A stretch of 64,000 nucleotides of DNA, from the NCBI GenBank assembly GCA_964487775.1, contig CAZASH010000002.1, positions 134,142 to 198,141 of the forward strand. The letters run 5' to 3'. Both the position numbers and the translations under genes were made by a program. This document shows, in pieces, positions 26,267 to 35,801 of the stretch (its first letter is position 1; every line of letters begins with the position of its first letter). The stretch is from an uncultured Ruminococcus sp. Lineage in GTDB: Bacteria > Bacillota > Clostridia > Oscillospirales > CAG-382. The notes beneath the pieces are model-generated. The model searched no databases and had not been told where the DNA came from. It saw only the letters and a list, made by a program, of their open reading frames with translations.

Positions 26267-26754
26267 TGAAGCACACAAGACGTGTTGCGGCGGCAGGAAT
26301 GCTGTCTGCGCTTGCGACAGTCATAATGCTTGTGACAGGGCTCGTCGAGTCGTTTGACCTTGCGGCGGCGTTTCTCGGCGGCTTGATAGTTGCTGTGGCT
26401 TTGATAGAACTTGGCACGGGCTATGCCTTTGCCGTCTGCTTAGTCACGGCGATACTTGCGGCGGTCGTATTGCCTAATAAGCTTGTTTGCATAGAGTTTG
26501 TATGCTTTGCGGGCTGGTATCCCGTGGTCAAAAAATACATCGAGCGCATACGGATCTCGCTTTTGCGCATAGCAGCAAAGCTCTTGCTTTTCGGTGCGGC
26601 GGTCGTGCCTGTTGTTAGGCTCGAGCTTATAGGAATGCAAAACGCATGGTATGTCTATGTCTTTGCGATGCTGGCGCTTATGCTCTATGATGTTACGCTG
26701 CAATATTTTTCGATTTTCTATATCAACAACATACAAAAAAAGATCAAGAGGTGA
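26266..26754 (+). CDS. Small polytopic membrane protein (unknown family)
   Basis: Start moved to [11 protein letters not shown] (TGATG overlap with the J-protein stop). 4-5 TM segments, 162 aa. Confidence 0.5.
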   Translation: MKHTRRVAAAGMLSALATVIMLVTGLVESFDLAAAFLGGLIVAVALIELGTGYAFAVCLVTAILAAVVLPNKLVCIEFVCFAGWYPVVKKYIERIRISLLRIAAKLLLFGAAVVPVVRLELIGMQNAWYVYVFAMLALMLYDVTLQYFSIFYINNIQKKIKR

Positions 26755-26760
26755 TATATA

Positions 26761-27639
26761 ATGGTCAGGAGCATGACCGGCTTCGGCAGATGCAAGATGC
26801 CCATCGACGGCATGATAATTACAGTCGAGGTCAAATCGGTCAACAGCCGCTATACCGATATAACAGTAAAATGCCCGAGGCTCTACTCGGTGTTTGAAGA
26901 ACGCTTAAAGCAGCTTTGCTGCTCGTATCTCACGAGAGGCAAGGTCGAGATATATCTTTCGGTCGAGCTGCCGCAGGGCGAGAAGGTCAATCTGGCGATC
27001 AACCGAGATTATTTAGAGAGCTATCTTGCATTGCTGGGCGACATCAAAGAGCAATATCAGCCTTCGGGCGAGATAACCTTGTCGATGATAGCCGCAAGAA
27101 GCGATATATTTGTCGTCAGCAAGCCCGAGGACGATATCGAAAGAGTCTGGCAGGCGGTGTCGACGGTGGCAAAGAATGCGCTTGACAGCTTTGTTGAGAT
27201 GCGCATTCGCGAGGGCGAAAGAATGAAGGCGGATATTCTGTCTCATATTGACGTTATCGAGCAGAAGCGTGCCATAATCGTGGCACATGCGTCCGATGCC
27301 ATCAGAGAGAGCAACGAGCGCATGAAAGCGCGCATACGCGACATACTCGATGGTGTCAATTATGACGAAGCGAGACTGCTTACAGAGTGCGCCGTGTTCG
27401 CCGACAAAGCGGACATCAGCGAGGAGCTTGCAAGGCTCGACAGCCATATCAAGCAGTTCAGACGAGCACTCGACAGAGAGGATCAGGTCGGCCGCAAGCT
27501 CGATTTTATGATCCAGGAGATGAACCGCGAGGTCAACACCACTGGCTCAAAGTCGACCGATCAGATCATCGTTGCTGCGGTCATAGACCTCAAGTGCGAG
27601 CTTGAGAAGGTCAGAGAGCAGATACAGAACCTCGAATAG
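26761..27639 (+). CDS. YicC/YloC family stress-induced protein (putative endoribonuclease)
   Basis: N-terminus MVRSMTGFGR, C-terminal EMNREVNTTGSK motif, and the position upstream of remA-gmk. Confidence 0.85.
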   Translation: MVRSMTGFGRCKMPIDGMIITVEVKSVNSRYTDITVKCPRLYSVFEERLKQLCCSYLTRGKVEIYLSVELPQGEKVNLAINRDYLESYLALLGDIKEQYQPSGEITLSMIAARSDIFVVSKPEDDIERVWQAVSTVAKNALDSFVEMRIREGERMKADILSHIDVIEQKRAIIVAHASDAIRESNERMKARIRDILDGVNYDEARLLTECAVFADKADISEELARLDSHIKQFRRALDREDQVGRKLDFMIQEMNREVNTTGSKSTDQIIVAAVIDLKCELEKVREQIQNLE

Positions 27640-27684
27640 CTTTAAATTGGGGAAAGTTTTGATAAAAATAAAGGAGTTTTTGAT

Positions 27685-27918
27685 ATGAAGCTCGTTGATA
27701 TCGGCTCGGGCAACCTCGTCAACGCAGATCGCGTTATTTCGGTTGCGAGCACCGATTCATTGCCTGTGCGCAGATTGGTACAGGACGCAAAAAATGCGGG
27801 CAGATGCATCGACGTCAGCTGCGGCAAAAAAACGCGCTCGGTCATCGTCACCGACAGCGACCATGTGCTGCTGTCGAGCGAAGAGATCGCAGATCTGGAG
27901 GGACGCTTCAATGCATGA
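27685..27918 (+). CDS. remA: DUF370 / RemA-like regulator
   Basis: 77 aa, MKLVDIGSGNLVNADRVISV...GKKTRSVIVTDSDHVLLS. Conserved yloC-remA-gmk synteny. Confidence 0.85.
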   Translation: MKLVDIGSGNLVNADRVISVASTDSLPVRRLVQDAKNAGRCIDVSCGKKTRSVIVTDSDHVLLSSEEIADLEGRFNA

Positions 27919-28537
27919 CATACAATGCGGCAGGGGCAGTTTGCTGGTCGTTTCGGGACCCAGCGGCAGCGGCAAGGGCACTGTGGTCAGGCGACTCGTC
28001 GACAATTACGATGGCTATGACCTTTCTGTTTCGGCGACCACAAGACAGCCTCGCAAGGGCGAGACAGACGGTGTGCACTATTATTTTCTGACAAATGAGC
28101 AGTTCGATAAGATGGTCGATGAGGATAGCTTTATCGAGCACGCAAGATATTCAAGAGCGTCATACGGCACGCCAAAAGAGCCGGTGACCAAAAGCCTTGA
28201 GGCGGGCAGACATATGATACTCGAGATAGAGATCTGCGGCGCAAGGCAGGTCAAGCAGAATATGCCCGAGGCAAAGACCGTCATGCTCATTCCGCCGACA
28301 TATTCCGAATTAAAGCGTCGGCTCGTCGATCGTGGCACAGAGACTGTCGACGAGATAGAGAGACGGCTTGATATCGCCGTGGGCGAGATCAGGCAGATAG
28401 AATTTTTTGACTATATCGTCATCAACGACGATGTTGATTCAGCCGCCGCAAGGCTTGACCAAATAGCACGCGGCGAATATACAGACGGCATCGACCGCAA
28501 GTCGTTTGCCTGTGAATTTTTAAACGAAAACCATTAA
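27911..28537 (+). CDS. gmk: Guanylate kinase
   Basis: Start moved to MHDIQCGRGSLLVVSGPSGSGKGT (P-loop). 208 aa. Confidence 0.95.
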   Translation: MHDIQCGRGSLLVVSGPSGSGKGTVVRRLVDNYDGYDLSVSATTRQPRKGETDGVHYYFLTNEQFDKMVDEDSFIEHARYSRASYGTPKEPVTKSLEAGRHMILEIEICGARQVKQNMPEAKTVMLIPPTYSELKRRLVDRGTETVDEIERRLDIAVGEIRQIEFFDYIVINDDVDSAAARLDQIARGEYTDGIDRKSFACEFLNENH

Positions 28538-28550
28538 GGAGTATATAAAA

Positions 28551-28799
28551 ATGCTTTATCCCACAGTTTCACAACTTTGCAATGACAAAGTCAACCGCTA
28601 TGAGCTCGTCATAGCTGTTGCAAAATGCGCAAGACACGTCACAGACATCGTCTGCGAAGCACGCGAAAAGGCAGAGGCGATCAGAGAATCCGACAGACTG
28701 CTCGGCAAGACTGAGATCGTTTCTGAATACGAGAACGAAAAGGCTGTTTCTGTCGCTGTTGACAAGCTTTATGCAGGCGAATATACGATACTGAAATAA
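28551..28799 (+). CDS. rpoZ: DNA-directed RNA polymerase subunit omega
   Basis: 82 aa, ..NRYELVIAVAKCARHV.. (NRY..V...AKRAR motif). Sits after gmk. Confidence 0.75.
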   Translation: MLYPTVSQLCNDKVNRYELVIAVAKCARHVTDIVCEAREKAEAIRESDRLLGKTEIVSEYENEKAVSVAVDKLYAGEYTILK

Positions 28800-28805
28800 G
28801 CCGAT

Positions 28806-31268
28806 ATGACGGCAGAATATGTTTCGGTCAGAATGCTTGATATCGCATATCAGGCAGACATCGCATACACCTATTTTGTCGGCGAGGAGTTTCGCGCACA
28901 GGTAGAGATAGGCTGCACGGTAAGTGTGCCGTTCGGCAGAGCCAACCGCCGTGTAACAGGCATAGTCACGGGCTTTGTCGACGAATGCAATTATCCCGAG
29001 ATCAAGCCTATCTGCTCTGTCGTCCGTGACGGATTGCGCCTGTCGGACGAGATGGTGCGCATATGCCTTTTTATGCACAAGCACTGCTTTTGCACGTTCG
29101 CAAGCGCAGTCAAGGCGATATTGCCGCCGGGCTATGATCCGAGAGGAGTGGTCTATTATACCGCCGCACCGGGCAGGAGGCAGCTTGTCTCTCCGCAGCT
29201 CGAGTTTTTGCTGCGCCGCATAGAGTCTGTCGACAAGGTATACGAGAGAGATCTGATAAACGAGTTCGGCAAAGAGTGCATCGACACAGTCGACAACCTT
29301 GTGCGTGACGGCTATCTGCTGCGCGGCAGCGAGCAGGCGAGGCGCATAAACGAAAAGACCGCTACCAAGGTCAGGCTCGCCGTCACCGAAGAGGAGGCTA
29401 TGCGCCTGCTTGAGGATTCCGACGGCTTGACCGAAAAGCAAAAGGAACTGCTCATATTGCTTTTGCATTATGACGACATAACGCTTTCCGAGGTCGAGGA
29501 CATCGGCGGACTTTCGTCGTCGGTGGTCAACACGCTCTGCAAAAAGGGCATAGTCAAAAAAGAGCGTGAGCGTGTCGAGCGCATCGCTTATGCCGACGAG
29601 CCTATACCCGAGATGCCAAAGCGCACGCCGAATGACGAGCAATCAGAGGCGATAAGACAGCTTTGCGATATGGCGGACAGCGGTGTTCCCAAGGCGGCTC
29701 TGCTGCTTGGAGTGACAGGCAGCGGCAAAACGCTCGTCATCACCGAGACTGTCAGACATGTCATAGAGAAGGGCAAAACGGCAATAATCATGCTGCCCGA
29801 GATAGGACTTACCTCGCAGGCACTGCTTACATACAGAGCGGCGTTCGGTGACAGCCTTGCTGTCATACATTCAAGGCTTTCGGCAGGTGAGAGGGTAGAT
29901 GCATACCGTGCCATATCCGAGGGCAGGATAAAGGTCGTGCTCGGCACTCGCAGTGCGGTTTTTTCGCCGCTTAAGGATCTCGGCATCATCGTCATCGACG
30001 AAGAGCAGGAGCATAGCTATAAGAGCGAGCTTTCGCCCAAATATCACGCACGTGATATAGCCAGATTCAGAGCAGGCATCAATTCGTGCCTCATGCTGCT
30101 TTCGTCGGCAACGCCGTCGATCGAGAGCTATTATAAGTCCAAAACAGGTGCTTATACGCTCATAAAGCTTTCGCAGCGTGTCAGCGGACTGCCGCTTCCC
30201 AAGGTGTTTATCGATGATATAAGGGACGACCGCACCTTGACACCCGACAGGCTCATTGGCAAAAAGCTTTTTGACGAGATGACAGAGCGCATCGCAAAAA
30301 ACGAGCAGGTCATAATGTTCGCAGGCAGGCGAGGCTATAACTCGCAGGTCATATGCCGTAGCTGCGGCGATGTGGCAGTCTGTCCCAATTGCTCGGTTGC
30401 GCTCACCTATCACGCCTATATAGGCGAAAACATCAAATACAGACGTTTGTGCTGTCATTATTGCGGCTATTCGGCACCGGTGCCCGTGAGGTGTACCTCA
30501 TGCGGCAGCGAGCACATCGGATTTCTCGGCTTTGGCACTCAAAAGCTGCAGGAGGAGCTCGCCGAGCGCTTTCCGCAAGCCACGGCGATACGCATGGATT
30601 CCGACACCACAACATTTAAATATTCACACGACAGATTGCTGGGCGAATTCAGAGAGGGCAAGGCAGACATACTGTTCGGAACACAGATGATCTGCAAGGG
30701 GCTCGACTTCGCAGGCGTGACGCTTGCGGCAGTCATTTCGGTCGACAATCTGCTGTATATGAACGACTATCGTGCTTCCGAGCGCACATTCTCGCTCATC
30801 ACCCAGCTCATCGGCAGGGCAGGCCGTGCAGGCGGCAACGGACTCGCCGTTTTGCAGACGATGAACCCCGAGCACGAGACACTGAGGCTTGCCGCAAAGC
30901 AGGATTACGAGAGCTTTGCCGAGTCAGAGATTGCGTTCAGGCGTGCGGCGCTCTTCCCGCCCTTCTGCGGAATAGCCGTGTTCTGCATCTCTGCGGAAAC
31001 AGAGGAGGCACTGTCTTATTATGCACAGCGCTTTCCGACAGAGCTTTGCCGCTTTAAGGTCGACGAAACAAAGGCAAAGGTGCGCATTTTCGGGCCTTAT
31101 CCCGAGGGGGTCACCAAGATAGGCGGCAGATACAGACAAAAGATAATCATCAAATATTCAGATAATCAAGAGGCGAGACAGTATCTCGGCAGGGTCTATG
31201 CTTCGGCATTGACGAGATTGCCGTTGTCGGTCAGGCTCGACCTCGATATAAATCCGACGGTAGTATAA
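28806..31268 (+). CDS. priA: Primosomal replication-restart helicase PriA
   Basis: Walker A GVTGSGKT, DEEH box (VIDEEQEHSYK), and a Cys-rich Zn module CRSCG..CPNC..CHYCG..CTSCG. Confidence 0.95.
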   Translation: MTAEYVSVRMLDIAYQADIAYTYFVGEEFRAQVEIGCTVSVPFGRANRRVTGIVTGFVDECNYPEIKPICSVVRDGLRLSDEMVRICLFMHKHCFCTFASAVKAILPPGYDPRGVVYYTAAPGRRQLVSPQLEFLLRRIESVDKVYERDLINEFGKECIDTVDNLVRDGYLLRGSEQARRINEKTATKVRLAVTEEEAMRLLEDSDGLTEKQKELLILLLHYDDITLSEVEDIGGLSSSVVNTLCKKGIVKKERERVERIAYADEPIPEMPKRTPNDEQSEAIRQLCDMADSGVPKAALLLGVTGSGKTLVITETVRHVIEKGKTAIIMLPEIGLTSQALLTYRAAFGDSLAVIHSRLSAGERVDAYRAISEGRIKVVLGTRSAVFSPLKDLGIIVIDEEQEHSYKSELSPKYHARDIARFRAGINSCLMLLSSATPSIESYYKSKTGAYTLIKLSQRVSGLPLPKVFIDDIRDDRTLTPDRLIGKKLFDEMTERIAKNEQVIMFAGRRGYNSQVICRSCGDVAVCPNCSVALTYHAYIGENIKYRRLCCHYCGYSAPVPVRCTSCGSEHIGFLGFGTQKLQEELAERFPQATAIRMDSDTTTFKYSHDRLLGEFREGKADILFGTQMICKGLDFAGVTLAAVISVDNLLYMNDYRASERTFSLITQLIGRAGRAGGNGLAVLQTMNPEHETLRLAAKQDYESFAESEIAFRRAALFPPFCGIAVFCISAETEEALSYYAQRFPTELCRFKVDETKAKVRIFGPYPEGVTKIGGRYRQKIIIKYSDNQEARQYLGRVYASALTRLPLSVRLDLDINPTVV

Positions 31269-31326
31269 GATCTTCTTTCACGTCGGGCACTTGAAATGCA
31301 CTAACGCACTAAGGAGTTATCAAAAA

Positions 31327-31812
31327 ATGGCACTGCGCAATATGGTTTACGAGGGCGACGAAAGGCTTGCCAAGGTCTGCCGTCCTGTTACGGTCATCAA
31401 TGACCACATAGTCAGATTGGTTGAGGATATGGAGGAGACACTTGCCGCCAACAACGGCGTCGGACTTGCCGCACCGCAGATAGGCGTCATGCGCCGCATT
31501 GCGATAGTCGATGCAGGCAACAGGATACTTGACCTCATCGATCCGCATATCATCGAGACAGAGGGCACTCAGACGGGTGTCGAGGGCTGCCTGTCGTGTC
31601 CCGACAGATGGGGCGTCGTCACAAGACCTATGAAGGTCACAGTGAGAGCCACCGACCGCAACGGCGAGTGCTATACATACACAGGCGAGGGACTTACCGC
31701 AAGATGCATCTGCCACGAATGCGACCACCTCGACGGCATACTTTTCACACAAAAGGCAGAGCGTATGCTCACGCCTTCCGAAGTTAAAGAATATCTCAGC
31801 AGCGACGATTGA
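31327..31812 (+). CDS. def: Peptide deformylase
   Basis: Start at MALRNMVYEGDERL (AAGGAG SD). Motifs GVGLAAPQIG, EGCLS, HECDHLDG. Confidence 0.95.
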   Translation: MALRNMVYEGDERLAKVCRPVTVINDHIVRLVEDMEETLAANNGVGLAAPQIGVMRRIAIVDAGNRILDLIDPHIIETEGTQTGVEGCLSCPDRWGVVTRPMKVTVRATDRNGECYTYTGEGLTARCICHECDHLDGILFTQKAERMLTPSEVKEYLSSDD

Positions 31813-31841
31813 GCATAGCGAGGACGATTGATCATAATATT

Positions 31842-32765
31842 ATGAAGATAGTTTTTATGGGCACGCCCGACTTTGCCTGCGAGGCACTGAGGGCGATCAA
31901 GGAGCACGGCGACGAAATAGTATTGGTGCTTACGAGGGCTGATAAGCCAAAGGGCAGGGGATATGTCATGACACCGTCACCTGTCAAGCAATTGGCACTT
32001 TCGTATGGCATCGAGGTGCTTACACCTGTCACACTGCGTGACGAGGAGATACAGAATACACTTTCAGCCGTCGGCGCAGATCTGTTTATTGTCGCCGCCT
32101 ACGGCAGGATACTGCCGCGTGAGGTGCTCGATATGCCCAAATACGGCTGCATCAATATTCACGCATCGCTTTTGCCTGCATGGCGCGGAGCAGCGCCGAT
32201 CAACCGTGCGATAATGAACGGCGACACAGTCGGCGGAGTTACTATAATGCATATGGACGACGGCATCGATACGGGCGATATGATATTGCAAAAGCAGATA
32301 GATATCGATCCCGAGATGAACGCAGGCGAATATCACGACGCTCTGGCACGCCTCGGCGGAGAAGCAATATGTGAGTTTATAGACCTTTTGCAGCAGGGCG
32401 GTGTTACACGTACAAAGCAGCCCGAATGCGGCGTTACCTATGCGCAAAAGATAGAGAAGAGCGAGTCGCATATAGATCTCACGCAGTCCGCAATTGCGGT
32501 ACACGACCTGATACGCGGTCTTGCGCCTGCGCCCTGCGCCTATGCCGTCATGCACGGCAAGAGGGTCAAGCTCTGCAAGGCGTATGTGTGCGATATGTGC
32601 GGCGAAGCAGGTGCTACGCTCAGCGCCGACAATGACGGCATAGTCATCGCCTGCGGCAGCGGCAGCATCAAGGTCGTTTCTGTACAGCCCGAGGGCAAGG
32701 GAGTTATGACGGCTGCCGAATATTTGCGTGGCAACAGGCTCGGTGTTGGTGAATTATGGGCTTAG
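31842..32765 (+). CDS. fmt: Methionyl-tRNA formyltransferase
   Basis: Start at MKIVFMGTPDFA. Motif HASLLPAWRGAAPI. Confidence 0.95.
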   Translation: MKIVFMGTPDFACEALRAIKEHGDEIVLVLTRADKPKGRGYVMTPSPVKQLALSYGIEVLTPVTLRDEEIQNTLSAVGADLFIVAAYGRILPREVLDMPKYGCINIHASLLPAWRGAAPINRAIMNGDTVGGVTIMHMDDGIDTGDMILQKQIDIDPEMNAGEYHDALARLGGEAICEFIDLLQQGGVTRTKQPECGVTYAQKIEKSESHIDLTQSAIAVHDLIRGLAPAPCAYAVMHGKRVKLCKAYVCDMCGEAGATLSADNDGIVIACGSGSIKVVSVQPEGKGVMTAAEYLRGNRLGVGELWA

Positions 32766-33970
32766 ATCAGCGAGAGATCGCATACAAATGCCTTCTGCGC
32801 ATATATAAAACAGAGGCGTTCAGCAATATTGCGCTTTCAGAGCAGTCTGCGTTCGTGCGCAGACTGGTGCTTGGCTGTATAGAGCGCAGAAAAACGCTTG
32901 AATATATCATTTCGTGCTTTGCACGCAAAGCGCCCGATAATGACGTGGCATTGCTTTTGCACACCGGCATTTATCAGATAATGTATATGGACATTCCCGA
33001 CAGTGCGGCGTGTGACGAAACCACAGATATCGCAAAGAGAATATTCGGCAAGAATATTTCGGGCTTTGTCAACGCGATAATGCGCTCGGTTTGCCGTGCA
33101 AAGGACGATATTATAACCAAAATCGAGCGCTCGGGCGATAATATCAAATATTCGCTTGACAACAGCATATGCAGTATGATAAGACAGTCTTATCCCGAGC
33201 AGGCAGATGAGATAATGTCGTCGTTCTTTGGCGAAAAAAGATTGTTTGCGAGAGTCAATACGATAAAGACCGACGCTCTGCATGTCGCCGACCTTATTTG
33301 CGGCGAGGCGATCGATAAAACGACTGTCGAGTGCTTTGATTCGGCGCTTGCGGTCAGACATATGGACAGCGGAGATTATTTCATACAGGGCATAGGCTCG
33401 CAGACCGCAGTCAAATGGCTTGCGGCAGAGCCCGGCATGACCGTCGCCGATGTTTGCGCCTGCCCCGGAGGCAAGACCTTCGGTGCGGCGATAGATATGC
33501 AGGCTGACGGCGTGATATATTGCTCCGATATAAGACAAAGCAAATTGCCGCTCATCAAAAAGGGCGCGGCAAAGCTCGGCGTCGACAAATGCATAAGCGT
33601 TTCGCTCAGGGATGCAAGGACTACGGACGAGAGCCTGGCAGGCAAATGCGACAGGGTTATATGCGATGTTCCCTGCACGGCGCTCGGCGAGATCATTTCA
33701 AGACCTGAGATAAGATATAAGGATATAAGCAGGCAGTCGTCGCTTTATAATACGCAGCAAAGCATTTTGGAGGCGTCGGCACGGCTTGTTAAAAGGGGCG
33801 GCAGGATGATCTATTCGACCTGCACGCTCGATAAACGTGAGAATGAGGACAATATTGACGCTTTCCTTTGCAAAAACAGCGACTTCGCTTTGCTTGACAG
33901 CCACCTGTTTATGCCGCACGCCGACGGCTGCGGCGAGGGATTTTATATTGCGCTCATCACAAGGAGATAA
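32756..33970 (+). CDS. rsmB: 16S rRNA m5C967 methyltransferase (RsmB/Sun family)
   Basis: NusB-like N-terminus and a SAM fold with DVCACPGGKT and the catalytic pair DVPCTALG / YSTCT. Confidence 0.85.
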   Translation: MGLDQREIAYKCLLRIYKTEAFSNIALSEQSAFVRRLVLGCIERRKTLEYIISCFARKAPDNDVALLLHTGIYQIMYMDIPDSAACDETTDIAKRIFGKNISGFVNAIMRSVCRAKDDIITKIERSGDNIKYSLDNSICSMIRQSYPEQADEIMSSFFGEKRLFARVNTIKTDALHVADLICGEAIDKTTVECFDSALAVRHMDSGDYFIQGIGSQTAVKWLAAEPGMTVADVCACPGGKTFGAAIDMQADGVIYCSDIRQSKLPLIKKGAAKLGVDKCISVSLRDARTTDESLAGKCDRVICDVPCTALGEIISRPEIRYKDISRQSSLYNTQQSILEASARLVKRGGRMIYSTCTLDKRENEDNIDAFLCKNSDFALLDSHLFMPHADGCGEGFYIALITRR

Positions 33971-33982
33971 CAGGAGATAAAA

Positions 33983-35008
33983 ATGCACGACCTTTTGTCG
34001 ATGTACCCAGACGAACTGCGCGAGCTTATGACCTCGATGGGTCAAAAGGCGTTTAGGGGCGATCAGATATTCGAGTGGATATACAAGGGCGTCAACGATT
34101 TTGACAAAATGACCAACCTGCCGTCATCGCTGATAGCCCGCCTCAAAGAGACCTGCTTTATCGGCAGTCTCGGCATTCAGCGCAAGCTGGTGTCAAGCAT
34201 AGACGGAACTGTCAAATATCTGTTTGAAATGGCTGACGGCGAATGCGTCGAAACAGTTCTGATGCGATATAAGCACGGCAATTCGGTCTGCGTTTCTACG
34301 CAGGCAGGCTGCAGGATGGGCTGCTCGTTTTGCGCATCGACCATCAACGGCTTCAGGCGCAATTTAGAGCCGTCCGAAATACTTTTGCAGGTCATGACTG
34401 CCGCAAGAGATACGGGCGAGAGAGTTTCAAACATAGTTCTGATGGGCATAGGCGAGCCTCTCGACAATTATGACAATGTGCTCAGGTTTTTGCGCATAGT
34501 CAACCTCGAAAAGGGCATGAATATAGGTATGAGGCATATTTCGCTTTCTACCTGCGGACTCGTCGACCGCATAGATATGCTTGCAAAAGAGAACCTGCAA
34601 TTGACGCTTTCGGTCTCGTTGCATGCTTCAAACGACGAGCGCCGCAAGGCGATAATGCCGATAGCGCACAGGTGGGATCTCGACACCCTGCTTGATGCGT
34701 GCGAGAGATACGAAAAGCAGACGGGCAGACGCATCAGCTTTGAATACGCACTCATTTCAGGCGTCAACGACAGCGATGCCGACGCCGCAGAGCTCGGCAG
34801 GCGCTTAAAGGGCACGCTCTGCCACGTCAATTTAATTCCGGTCAACCCTGTTGCCGAAAAGTCATATCAAAAGAGCGACAGGGCGAGAATAGCGTCGTTT
34901 GCCAAAACTATCGAAAGCTTTGGCATCAGCGCCACTGTCAGGCGCAAGCTCGGCAGTGATATCAACGCTTCGTGCGGGCAGCTCAGAGCAGAGCATTCCG
35001 CAAAATAG
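33983..35008 (+). CDS. rlmN: 23S rRNA/tRNA A2503 C2-methyltransferase, radical SAM
   Basis: CVSTQAGCRMGCSFCAST cluster and GMGEPL motif. Confidence 0.95.
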   Translation: MHDLLSMYPDELRELMTSMGQKAFRGDQIFEWIYKGVNDFDKMTNLPSSLIARLKETCFIGSLGIQRKLVSSIDGTVKYLFEMADGECVETVLMRYKHGNSVCVSTQAGCRMGCSFCASTINGFRRNLEPSEILLQVMTAARDTGERVSNIVLMGIGEPLDNYDNVLRFLRIVNLEKGMNIGMRHISLSTCGLVDRIDMLAKENLQLTLSVSLHASNDERRKAIMPIAHRWDLDTLLDACERYEKQTGRRISFEYALISGVNDSDADAAELGRRLKGTLCHVNLIPVNPVAEKSYQKSDRARIASFAKTIESFGISATVRRKLGSDINASCGQLRAEHSAK

Positions 35009-35048
35009 CAAAAGTCACTTATTCCTTAATCTAAAAGGGAGACAGAGT

Positions 35049-35795
35049 ATGAGGTATTATACCAAGACCGACATCGGTATGGTGCGCAGCAACAATCAAG
35101 ACAGTGTCGCGGCGTTCAGGCGCGGCGCTTATACCTGCGCGGTCGTATGCGACGGAATGGGCGGTGCGAACGGCGGCAATATAGCCAGCTCGATGGCTGT
35201 GTCCGCTTTCTGCGAAAAGGTGCGCAAAAACCTTGCAGCGGCATCACCGGACGAGCTTACGGGCGGCGATCTCGGCAGGCTATTGCAGGCTGCGGTCGAG
35301 GACGCCAACGACCGCGTTTATAACCGCGCCCTTTATGAGCTCGGGCTCGAGGGAATGGGCACTACGCTCGTCGGAGTTATTGCGAGCGAGGACGGCGCAG
35401 TAGCCATCAACGTCGGCGATTCACGCATATACGCTCTTAAAAGCGGCAAGCTCGAGCAGATATCTCGTGACCATTCGTTTGTACAATATCTCATAGACCG
35501 CGGCGCAATATCCCGCGGCGAAGCAAAGCATCATCCAAACCGCAATATTATTCTCAAGGCGGTCGGTATATCAGAGAACATCGACGGCGAGGTGTTTTAC
35601 ATACGCGATTTCGACTATCTCTTGCTGTGTACCGACGGATTGACAAATCACGTCGAGGATTTTGAGATACAAAGCATTTTATCAGGTACGCCTGGGCGCA
35701 GAACGTCGGTCACGAGCCGCATAGATTCGCTGATCGCGCTCGCCAATTCAAGAGGCGGCACAGACAATATCACCGTCGCGATAATAGGGAGGTAA
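35049..35795 (+). CDS. prpC: PP2C-family Ser/Thr phosphatase
   Basis: Start at MRYYTKTDIGMVRSNNQDS. Motifs DGMGG, GTTL and TDGL. Confidence 0.9.
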   Translation: MRYYTKTDIGMVRSNNQDSVAAFRRGAYTCAVVCDGMGGANGGNIASSMAVSAFCEKVRKNLAAASPDELTGGDLGRLLQAAVEDANDRVYNRALYELGLEGMGTTLVGVIASEDGAVAINVGDSRIYALKSGKLEQISRDHSFVQYLIDRGAISRGEAKHHPNRNIILKAVGISENIDGEVFYIRDFDYLLLCTDGLTNHVEDFEIQSILSGTPGRRTSVTSRIDSLIALANSRGGTDNITVAIIGR

Positions 35796-35801
35796 CCTAA
35801 A

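Noticed and set aside
28569-29642. 357-aa minus-strand ORF
   Set aside because: It is antisense to rpoZ and priA, which have unambiguous motifs. It is a shadow ORF. The same reasoning applies to 19476-20435(+), 54789-55865(+), 46348-47334(-), 46626-47426(-), 38884-39534(-), 13767-14444(+) and 20483-21136(+).
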